Positions 53,723-64,000 of a stretch of DNA of 64,000 nucleotides are shown here, piece by piece. Source of the stretch: Bacilli bacterium (GTDB lineage: Bacteria; Bacillota_I; Bacilli_A; RF39; UBA660); NCBI GenBank assembly GCA_045627525.1, contig JAZQNW010000001.1, positions 186,395-250,394 on the forward strand, written 5' to 3'. The number at the start of each line of letters is the position of its first letter. Positions within the stretch are counted from its first letter, which is position 1. The translations under genes and the position numbers were made by a program. Under the pieces are notes generated by a model, which saw only the letters and a program-made list of their open reading frames with translations, was not told where the DNA came from and ran no database searches.

Positions 53723-54307
53723 TTAATCACCCATTTTAAGTATTTTATGTAAATCTTTTCGAATCCTATAAATTCTACCATCAATTGTAGAAATAGGTAA
53801 ATCTAATAACTCACTTATTTCTTTATAACTAAATCCATTGTAACGAAGCTCAAATACACTACTATATTCAATATCTAAACTATTTAAAAATTTATTGACT
53901 TCTTTTTCCAAATTATAACGTTCAAATTCTAAAGACGGTTCATAATTATTATCTTTAATACTATAAATAATATCATCACTTTCACTATTGTTTAAAGGAT
54001 AATTTTTATAATTAGCATTTCTCCTACAATAAGTAATTATATGCCGTTCTATACATATATAAGCATAAGTAAAAAATAAAACGTTGCCAGAATAATCAAA
54101 GTTCTGTAAAGCTTTGTCTAAAGCTATCCAACCTTCCTGAATCAAATCGTCATATTCAATCCCAACTTGCTTAGCTTTATCTAAATACTTATATGCTATT
54201 TTACCGATTAAAGGTAAATACTTTTTAAAAAGTATTTCTCTGCTATCATCATCGCTTTCTCTAATCATATAAACTACTTCATAATCATTTACGGTTTTAT
54301 AATCCAT
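53723..54307 (-). CDS. sigH: RNA polymerase sigma factor, SigH-like
   Basis: DLIQEGWIAL region 2 and CIERHIITYCRRNANYKNYPLNNS closely parallel B. subtilis SigH; synteny rlmB-sigH-secE-nusG. Confidence 0.8.
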   Translation of the reverse strand: MDYKTVNDYEVVYMIRESDDDSREILFKKYLPLIGKIAYKYLDKAKQVGIEYDDLIQEGWIALDKALQNFDYSGNVLFFTYAYICIERHIITYCRRNANYKNYPLNNSESDDIIYSIKDNNYEPSLEFERYNLEKEVNKFLNSLDIEYSSVFELRYNGFSYKEISELLDLPISTIDGRIYRIRKDLHKILKMGD

Positions 54308-54314
54308 AATACCT

Positions 54315-55013
54315 CTACTTTCTATTACGGATTACCTCATATATCATTATTCCAGAAGCTACAGAAGCATTTAAACTATTTGTTTTTCCATACATAGGAA
54401 TCTTTGCAATAAAATCACATGATTCTCTTACTAATCTAGAAATTCCTGATCCTTCATTTCCTATTACTAAAGCTATTTTACCAGAATAATCGATTTCCCT
54501 ATAATCAACACTATTTTCCAATGCTGTACCAACTATCCAAAAACCATTGTCCTTAAGCTTTTGGATAGTCTTTACTAAATTAACTACAGATACGATATTC
54601 ATACTATCTAAAGTTCCAACACTAGTTTTCATCACTGTTGCATTAATTTGAACTTGTCTATCTTTTGGCATAATAATGGCATCTACACCAGCAGCTTCAC
54701 AAGTTCTTATAATAGCACCTAGATTATGAGGATCTTCGAGATGATCAAGAATTACAATAAATGATGAATCATCGCTCAACACATCGTTTAAATCTTTATA
54801 TTGGTAATCCGGTATGGAAAGTATTATACCCTGATGAACACCATTAACCAAATGATCAATTTCTTTTTTTGACTTATATTCAACTCTACATTTTACTTTT
54901 TCTATTAACGAATTTATTTCTTTATCATCAAAACCTTCTTGTAAAGTTATTTTTAATACTTTTTCATTTTTTTGAAGCAATTCCCTCGCAACATTTCTTC
55001 CATAAACTATCAT
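54315..55013 (-). CDS. rlmB: TrmH/SpoU-family 23S rRNA 2'-O-methyltransferase (RlmB/YacO-like)
   Basis: SpoU MTase motifs (VILDHLEDPHNLGAIIRTCEAAG, IGNEGSGIS), synteny. Confidence 0.8.
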   Translation of the reverse strand: MIVYGRNVARELLQKNEKVLKITLQEGFDDKEINSLIEKVKCRVEYKSKKEIDHLVNGVHQGIILSIPDYQYKDLNDVLSDDSSFIVILDHLEDPHNLGAIIRTCEAAGVDAIIMPKDRQVQINATVMKTSVGTLDSMNIVSVVNLVKTIQKLKDNGFWIVGTALENSVDYREIDYSGKIALVIGNEGSGISRLVRESCDFIAKIPMYGKTNSLNASVASGIMIYEVIRNRK

Positions 55014-55014
55014 A

Positions 55015-55389
55015 CTAATCACCTAATATAAATTTCATAATTTCTTCTATTCTTCCTTTTTTATTTTCTAATTCTAAATAACCAATAAGAGCCTCCAACC
55101 CAGTAGCATACTTATATGTTATTATATCACAACTCTTTGGATGAGAAGTGGTCTTATAGTTTCTAGCTCTCTTAACTATACCTTTTTCATCATCTGTTAT
55201 AAAATTGCTATCAATCATTTTTGTCAAATACATAGCTTGATTATTAGCACTAACATATTTGATTGCTTCTTTCTGCAAATCATTAACATTAGCAATTCCC
55301 TTATCTATTAAAAATCTTCTAACATAATTTTCATAAATAGTATCACCTAAATAAGCAAGTACTAAAACATTTATTTCTTTTATATTCAT
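55015..55389 (-). CDS. mrnC: mini-ribonuclease III (start moved to MNIKEINV)
   Basis: LAYLGDTIYE RNase III-like motif; conserved position after cysS. Confidence 0.8.
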   Translation of the reverse strand: MNIKEINVLVLAYLGDTIYENYVRRFLIDKGIANVNDLQKEAIKYVSANNQAMYLTKMIDSNFITDDEKGIVKRARNYKTTSHPKSCDIITYKYATGLEALIGYLELENKKGRIEEIMKFILGD

Positions 55390-55440
55390 AAAATCACCAA
55401 CAACATTATAACACAAAAAAAGAAAAGGCCTAACCTTTTC

Positions 55441-56841
55441 CTATACTAATTCATATGAAGTACCTTCTCTAGTATCGATTAGCTTTATTCCTTGTTTTAA
55501 TAATTCATCACGAATACTGTCTGCTTCAGCAAAATTCTTATTCTTTTTTGCCTCATTTCTAAGTAATATTTTTTCTTCTATCATCTTTTTCATATCATTA
55601 GAAATTTCTTTACCATCATTTTTTGTTAAATCCAAGGATAAAACAGTATCAAATTTTTCAATTATAGCTAACTTAGTACCATCTGATAAATTTTCATCTT
55701 TCAATACATCATAAACCAATGTAACCATATTAGAAGTATTTAAGTCATCTTCTATAGCAGAAGAGAATTTAGAATTATAAAAATTATATTGTTCCTCATC
55801 TACTTCACCTGGAACTAACTTAGAAACTTTATTTTTTAACTTAAAATATGCATTTTGAGCCCCATCAAGTATGCTATAGCTAAAGGTTAATTGATTATGA
55901 TAATAAGAATTTAAGCACAAGTAACGATAACTAAGCGGATTATAGCCTTTTTCTTCTAATAAAGAAACAGTTAAAAATTCACCCTTAGATTTACTCATTT
56001 TCCCTGTTTCATCATTTAAAAATCCCATATGAACCCAGTAGTTACACCACTTATGCCCCAAATAGGCTTCACTTTGAGCAATCTCATTAGTATGATGTGG
56101 GAAGACCGCATCTTCAGCTCCACAATGAATATCAAGATATTCTCCTAAATTCTTTATTGAAATACCTGAACATTCAATATGCCATCCAGGATAACCTCTA
56201 CCCCATGGAGAATCCCATTGCAATTCCTGATTATCAAACTTAGAATTAGTAAACCATAATCCAAAATCAAATGGATTTCTTTTTGAATCATCTTTCTCAA
56301 CATCAGATCTAACAGCAACCATTAAATCTTCACTATTTCTACCAGATAATTCATAATAGTTTTTGAACTTAGTAGTATCATAATAAACATTACCATTAGC
56401 TATATATGCATATCCATCATCTAATAACTTAGATATCATTTTTATATACATTTCAATATTATCAGTCGCATTAGATACTATATCTGGTTTTTTTACATTT
56501 AACTTACAACAGTCATCAAAAAAACAATCTGTATAAAATTTAGCAATTTCTTTAGAAGATTTGTGTTCCCTCTTACTAGCAACAGACATCTTATCTTCAC
56601 CAGAATCACCATCACCTACTAAATGACCTACATCTGTTATATTCATGACTCTTTCAACATTATAACCTAAGAATTTAAGACCTTTTTCCAAAATATCTTC
56701 TGAAATATAAGTACGTAAATTCCCTATATGAGCGTAATGATATACAGTAGGACCACAAGTATACATCTTAACTTTTCCTTCTTCAATTGGAACAAATTCT
56801 TGAACTTGTCTTGCCAATGTATTATACAATTTCACTTTCAT
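55441..56841 (-). CDS. cysS: cysteinyl-tRNA synthetase (start moved to MKVKLYNTL)
   Basis: HIGN (HIGH-class) and KMSKS motifs. Confidence 0.9.
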   Translation of the reverse strand: MKVKLYNTLARQVQEFVPIEEGKVKMYTCGPTVYHYAHIGNLRTYISEDILEKGLKFLGYNVERVMNITDVGHLVGDGDSGEDKMSVASKREHKSSKEIAKFYTDCFFDDCCKLNVKKPDIVSNATDNIEMYIKMISKLLDDGYAYIANGNVYYDTTKFKNYYELSGRNSEDLMVAVRSDVEKDDSKRNPFDFGLWFTNSKFDNQELQWDSPWGRGYPGWHIECSGISIKNLGEYLDIHCGAEDAVFPHHTNEIAQSEAYLGHKWCNYWVHMGFLNDETGKMSKSKGEFLTVSLLEEKGYNPLSYRYLCLNSYYHNQLTFSYSILDGAQNAYFKLKNKVSKLVPGEVDEEQYNFYNSKFSSAIEDDLNTSNMVTLVYDVLKDENLSDGTKLAIIEKFDTVLSLDLTKNDGKEISNDMKKMIEEKILLRNEAKKNKNFAEADSIRDELLKQGIKLIDTREGTSYELV

Positions 56842-56884
56842 CACCTCGTGCTTGTAGTATAACATAATAATAAATAAAAATAAA

Positions 56885-59125
56885 CTACTCACTTATATTT
56901 ATATAATTAGGTAAAATACAATTTACAGCTTTATCAACATGCCTAAGACCAAATTGATTATAATTTGACTCTTTTTTTATTTTTTCCACTAAATCTGTGG
57001 ATATTTTTATTTTTAGTTTTTCATTTTTCACAAATTCTGTTAATTTTTTTCTTATAACTTTATTAACAACATCTTCCGTAATATTATTAAAAATAATTAA
57101 TGCATCAATCCTATTTACAAATTCTATTCCTAAAAAATCAATAATTTTATTTTTTACAATTGATTTACTATTTTTAAAACCTATACTATTCCCAACCATT
57201 CCTACATTAGAAGTCATAAAAATTATAGTATTACCAAAATAAATTTTTTCTCCAGTAGAACTAGTCATATAACCATCATCTAAAACTTGTAAAAAAAGTC
57301 TAAGAACTCTTTGCGATCCTTTTTCTATCTCATCAAGTAATATCACAGAATAAGGATTATCCTTAACTCTATCAAGTACTATAGAATTTTCCTTATAACC
57401 AACATAGCCAGGAGGGGAACCAATTATCTTACTTATAGAATGATCCTCACTATATTCACTCATATCTATTTTAATAAATGCTGAATTTTGATATAAAAGT
57501 TTAGCATACTCTTGTACCAAAAATGTTTTTCCTACCCCACTTTTTCCAACTAAAAGAAGGCATTTAGGGGAATTTTTTCTAATAATCTTATCATTATATA
57601 TTGTAGATAAAATCTCATTAATTGGCTGGTTTTGGCCATATACTTTACTATTTAGATAACGTTCAATACTATTCTTATTTAATTTCATAATTTCCTTTAT
57701 AGGAATTTTGGTTTTTGCAGAAACGACATCATATAAAATATTTTCTGTTACTTTTTTCACTTTTGGCTTACTAATTTTTTTTAATTCTAGATTATTTAAC
57801 TCACTTTCTAATAAGTTTTGTTTATTTTTCAGTTGTAAAGCCAAATCATAATCATGATTTATAATAGCATTATTCTTCTCCTTTTTTATATTATTTAATC
57901 TCATCAATTTATCATTACATTCTATTTCTCCCTTTCCGACAGAAATTACCGTTTTAGTACAAGCCTCATCCAATATATCTATTGCTTTATCAGGAAACTT
58001 ACCACCACTTACATATTTATTGGATAATTCAATTATTAAATCAATTATTTTATCAGAAATAATTACCCCATGATAATTCTCATAAATTTCTTTTAGATTT
58101 AATAATATTTTTTTTGACTCATCTAAACTAGCCTCATTAACATAAACCTTTTGAAATCTTCTATCCAACGCCTTGTCAGATTCTAAATATTTCTTATATT
58201 CATCATTAGTAGTAGCACCAATTATTTTAATTTTTCCCCTAGCCAATGATGGTTTTAAAATATTAGAAGCATCTATAGCACCTTCTGCACCACCTGCTCC
58301 AGCCAAAGTATGTATTTCATCAATAAATAGGATAATATCAGGATTATTTTCAACTTCAGAAATTATCTTATTAATCCTTTCTTCAAAATCACCACGATAT
58401 TTTGTTCCAGAAACTAATGCAGACATAGAAATACTATAAACCTTTTTTCCTAATAATTGCTTTGGTACATTTCCATTAACAATTTTCCTAACTAATTCTT
58501 CTACTATGGCTGTCTTTCCTACACCAGCATCACCTATTAATAAAGGATTATTTTTAGTGCGTCTCAATAATATTTCAATTAATCTATTAACAATATCATC
58601 CCTACCTATAACAGGATCAAATCCACTATCCATATACTTACTATTCATGTTAATGGAGAATTCATTTAATAATAACTTTTCATTTGAATTTTTCATATGA
58701 ACAACAAATTTATCACTAAGCTTATCACATAAGAGTGATATGTCAACATTCATTCCTAATAATATTCTATTAGCAACACCTTCACCTTCTCCCAATAATG
58801 ATATCACTAAACCCTCTACAGTTACTTCTGTATCATTATCCTTAGCATCATATATAGCATTCTCTAATACCCTCTTTAATAATGGAGTGTATAAAAACCA
58901 ATCATTCGTACTTTTTCCTATACCAATAACTCTAATAATTTCATTTCTATATAAATCATATGTAATATTATACTCATTTAATAATTTAGTAACTTCTAAA
59001 TTAGAATTATGTAAAATAGCCAATAACAAATGTTCACTGCCAACATATGGATGTTTCAAATCTAACATTTCCTTTTTAGCCATTAATAAAACTTTTTGCG
59101 AATTTTCATCAAATTTTGAAAACAA
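56885..59125 (-). CDS. clpC: ClpC-type AAA+ ATPase chaperone (Clp N-domain repeats, two AAA modules, IGF ClpP-docking loop)
   Basis: Two Walker A (GDAGVGKT, GKSGVGKT) and Walker B (FIDEIH, LLDEIEK) motifs, coiled-coil M-domain, NSIGF loop. Confidence 0.85.
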   Translation of the reverse strand: MFSKFDENSQKVLLMAKKEMLDLKHPYVGSEHLLLAILHNSNLEVTKLLNEYNITYDLYRNEIIRVIGIGKSTNDWFLYTPLLKRVLENAIYDAKDNDTEVTVEGLVISLLGEGEGVANRILLGMNVDISLLCDKLSDKFVVHMKNSNEKLLLNEFSINMNSKYMDSGFDPVIGRDDIVNRLIEILLRRTKNNPLLIGDAGVGKTAIVEELVRKIVNGNVPKQLLGKKVYSISMSALVSGTKYRGDFEERINKIISEVENNPDIILFIDEIHTLAGAGGAEGAIDASNILKPSLARGKIKIIGATTNDEYKKYLESDKALDRRFQKVYVNEASLDESKKILLNLKEIYENYHGVIISDKIIDLIIELSNKYVSGGKFPDKAIDILDEACTKTVISVGKGEIECNDKLMRLNNIKKEKNNAIINHDYDLALQLKNKQNLLESELNNLELKKISKPKVKKVTENILYDVVSAKTKIPIKEIMKLNKNSIERYLNSKVYGQNQPINEILSTIYNDKIIRKNSPKCLLLVGKSGVGKTFLVQEYAKLLYQNSAFIKIDMSEYSEDHSISKIIGSPPGYVGYKENSIVLDRVKDNPYSVILLDEIEKGSQRVLRLFLQVLDDGYMTSSTGEKIYFGNTIIFMTSNVGMVGNSIGFKNSKSIVKNKIIDFLGIEFVNRIDALIIFNNITEDVVNKVIRKKLTEFVKNEKLKIKISTDLVEKIKKESNYNQFGLRHVDKAVNCILPNYINISE

Positions 59126-59218
59126 TTAATCATCTCCTTAACATAATTTTATTTCCTTAATATAACTAAAATCAAGAAATTACGTTATACAAATTGAGAC
59201 AATTACTGCAACAAAAAA

Positions 59219-59233
59219 AGGAGCAAAGCTCCT
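59219..59233 (-). terminator. intrinsic terminator
   Basis: AGGAGC-aaa-GCTCCT hairpin followed by U-run on minus strand. Confidence 0.4.
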
Positions 59234-59239
59234 TTAATA

Positions 59240-61006
59240 TTAGATTAATACTAACACAAGAAATACTATTAGTATAAGCGCTAAGAATTCTAATAAGAAT
59301 TTCCAAATTGCACTAAACCATTTCTTATATGGAATCTCTAAATATGCTAATACAAGCATTAAAATTAAACTTGTAGGAGCAAACATCATAGCAAATCCAT
59401 ATGAAACTTGATATGCTAAAGCAAAAATATTGAAATTAACATCAAGTATACCAGTTAAATATGGTAAAATGCTTTGATATGCATAAGCAGCATCAACATT
59501 GAACAATCCAGCAAAAATACCACTAATTGTAACAAGTATAGTACTACCAAAGTTAACTTTCTTTATTCCTGCTAATAATGCTTTATAAATAGATAATTGG
59601 AATGGATGATATGTAACTATAACCAAACAAGTATATAGTAAAATAACTATAACACCTAATGGTAATGCTTTTTTCATACCACTAAAGAATCCATCAATAA
59701 CATCATCAAACTTAACACCATAAATTATTGTTAATAATAATATAACAACAAACATTGGTGCTAAATAATCAACTACTGTCCATGCACCAAAAGCATTAAC
59801 ATTACCTAATAATTTTCCAAAGATTTCAAAACCAAATAATTTAGTTTCTGATACTGCTTTAGTAGCATTTGTAAATGCATCTAAACCAAATCCATCAGAC
59901 CATGATGTAAATGCTAATACAAGTAAAGCAAATAATACAGAAAACATAACAATAAATGGCCAAACTTTATAACGAGCGTTGTTAACACTTGCTGGAATTA
60001 ATGAACCATTATCTTCCTTAACTCTCTCTAAAACAACAATAACTTCTTCATCCTTTACAGCTGCTCTTGTATTTTTCTTTGAAGTAGTTTTAGTTGTAGT
60101 TTTCTTAACTGTAGTTTTCTTTGTTGTTGTCTTTTTAACTGGTGCCTTCTTTGCAGGTGCTTTTGATTTTACTGTTTTTTCTTCTTTAACAGTTTCATTT
60201 TTAACAGCTTTGACTGGTTTTACAACAGTCTTCTTTACTGTCTTAACACCACTTGATTTCTTGATATATAAAATTACATTTAGAATTATTAAAGCAACTC
60301 CTAAAACTAAGATAATTAATTTTGGAAGCATTTCTGATGTAATTTTTATATTAGTTAAAGACAATAACATATAATTATTTTGATAACCATATGTAGTTCC
60401 AGCAATACCAACCATAGTTGGTATAACTAATACTAATGCCGCTACTGTTTTATCATATCCCATTAATAAAATCCAAGATATTAACATAGGGAATAAGAAT
60501 AATAGTGCTAATTGTAATGAACTAATTGAAGTAAGTACGGCAATTAATAACATTAATACAACTAAAGCAAATTTTTCTGTTCCCTTGCATACGTCTGCCA
60601 TTCTATCTAAAAAAGAACGATAAGCAGGAATCTTATTAAGAACACCATAGAATCCGCCAATAGCTAAAATATAAACTGCAATATAACCAAAATAAGATAA
60701 TGCAGTAACAGGATAATTGAATAAATCAAATAATCCCATTTGAACGCGTCCTTGATCTACATATTGACCTGAATAGTAAGCAGCTGATAATATCCAAGAA
60801 AATAACATAAATGCTAACATTGTGATAAGAACAACTTTAATTGTATTATTCTTTTCTTTAAATCCAAATATAAGTAAGAACAATACAGTTAATGTTAATC
60901 CAAGTCTCAATAAATAAGACCAACCAGCATCTGGTAAGAACCAACTGATTAACATTAAACCTATCGCAACCCAAAGAACGACTTTAAATGTTTTTCCTTT
61001 TTTCAT
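59240..61006 (-). CDS. YfcC/AbgT-like polytopic membrane transporter with K/T/V-rich low-complexity cytoplasmic insert
   Basis: ~12 TM helices; C-terminal region resembles YfcC family (FAPTSLILML, YKKWF); central KKTTVKKTTTKTTSKK linker. Confidence 0.5.
   Translation of the reverse strand: MKKGKTFKVVLWVAIGLMLISWFLPDAGWSYLLRLGLTLTVLFLLIFGFKEKNNTIKVVLITMLAFMLFSWILSAAYYSGQYVDQGRVQMGLFDLFNYPVTALSYFGYIAVYILAIGGFYGVLNKIPAYRSFLDRMADVCKGTEKFALVVLMLLIAVLTSISSLQLALLFLFPMLISWILLMGYDKTVAALVLVIPTMVGIAGTTYGYQNNYMLLSLTNIKITSEMLPKLIILVLGVALIILNVILYIKKSSGVKTVKKTVVKPVKAVKNETVKEEKTVKSKAPAKKAPVKKTTTKKTTVKKTTTKTTSKKNTRAAVKDEEVIVVLERVKEDNGSLIPASVNNARYKVWPFIVMFSVLFALLVLAFTSWSDGFGLDAFTNATKAVSETKLFGFEIFGKLLGNVNAFGAWTVVDYLAPMFVVILLLTIIYGVKFDDVIDGFFSGMKKALPLGVIVILLYTCLVIVTYHPFQLSIYKALLAGIKKVNFGSTILVTISGIFAGLFNVDAAYAYQSILPYLTGILDVNFNIFALAYQVSYGFAMMFAPTSLILMLVLAYLEIPYKKWFSAIWKFLLEFLALILIVFLVLVLI
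60040..60250 (-). repeat. imperfect short tandem DNA repeats encoding K/T/V-rich linker
   Basis: Reiterated AGTTTTAGTTGT / AGTTTTCTTAACTGT / AGTTTTCTTTGTTGT units visible on plus strand. Confidence 0.4.
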
Positions 61007-61090
61007 AATTAACCTCCCAATATAATTATACTACAAGTCGTTGATTTTACAAGTTTTTAAGCCTTTTTTATTAAAAATTATTATTAAAAA

Positions 61091-61120
61091 ATAAAAAAAA
61101 CTGGAAAAACCAGTTTTTTT
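61091..61120. terminator. bidirectional intrinsic terminator after lysS
   Basis: A8-CTGG-aaaaa-CCAG-T7. Confidence 0.45.
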
Positions 61121-61121
61121 A

Positions 61122-63637
<2,516 letters not shown>

Positions 63638-63654
<17 letters not shown>

Positions 63655-64000
63655 TAAGTAATCCCTCCCTAAATATTTTTAACATATTGATTATATCATA
63701 AATATTAGTAGTTTTATATACATTATTTTTTAAGTCATTAGCACCATTAATTCCTTTTAAATACCAACTTAAATGATTTCTTATTTCTAAACAAGCAAGC
63801 TTTTCATTTTTTATTTCTTTTAAATATTCCAAATGTTTCAAACACATATCTATTTTATCTATATCTGAAATTTTGATAAAAGGTTCATTGTTCAAATAAT
63901 TAATAGTATTTTTTATTAACCATGGATTTCCCAAAACCCCTCGTCCAATCATAACAGCATCACAACCAGTTTCAATAAGCATCTTCTTAGCATCTTCTGG
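63638..64000 (-). CDS. dusB: tRNA-dihydrouridine synthase, C-terminal part (N-terminus beyond window end)
   Basis: Frame stays open to nt 64000 (…PEDAKKMLIETGCDAVMIGRG…), Dus TIM-barrel C-terminus and helical domain. Confidence 0.85.

Noticed and set aside
56997-60374. Plus-strand ORFs 56997-57242, 58173-58439, 58506-58700, 58740-59129, 59979-60374
   Set aside because: All antisense to the ClpC-like and transporter genes; low-complexity translations typical of AT-rich shadow frames

Overview
The window is strongly AT-rich and almost entirely minus-strand coding, and looks like a core chromosomal segment of a low-GC, cell-wall-bearing Firmicute. The tmRNA tag ends in ...AVAFA and RpoB has an acidic C-terminal tail, which together suggest an Erysipelotrichia- or Mollicutes-related lineage. 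Most of the window is conserved housekeeping content in Bacillus-like order. A secG-rnr-smpB-ssrA block spans 25991-30545. The conserved arrangement from dusB to tuf spans 36265-64000: dusB-lysS-clpC-cysS-mrnC-rlmB-sigH-secE-nusG-rplKAJL-ybxB-like MTase-rpoBC-rpsLG-fusA-tuf. Other core genes are leuS and proS (each behind a T-box leader), eno, murD, two FemAB-family genes, fhs, cdaA-cdaR, an SPFH/NfeD pair and a GH31 hydrolase.

Several accessory features interrupt this backbone:
- A two-gene cassette (ATP-grasp enzyme plus an unknown 142-aa protein) sits at the tmRNA 3' end, a classic island-insertion hotspot, together with a near-identical promoter/operator element duplicated in front of two adjacent genes.
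- A thioester-domain (TED) adhesin with Cna-B-like repeats is followed by a small, divergent sortase, and the adhesin's sorting signal is non-canonical.
- A tail-anchored 239-aa protein carrying a kinase-catalytic-loop-like motif occupies the slot between sigH and secE where rpmG normally sits.
- A polytopic membrane protein is inserted between rpoC and rpsL.
- LysS carries a C-terminal Trbp111/EMAP-II-like tRNA-binding domain.
- A small K-rich membrane ORF lies between the leuS T-box terminator and leuS.

No CRISPR array, integrase, transposase or rRNA/tRNA gene was seen. Many ORF-track entries are antisense shadow ORFs inside real genes, and several ORF-track N-termini appear over-extended into leader or RBS regions.
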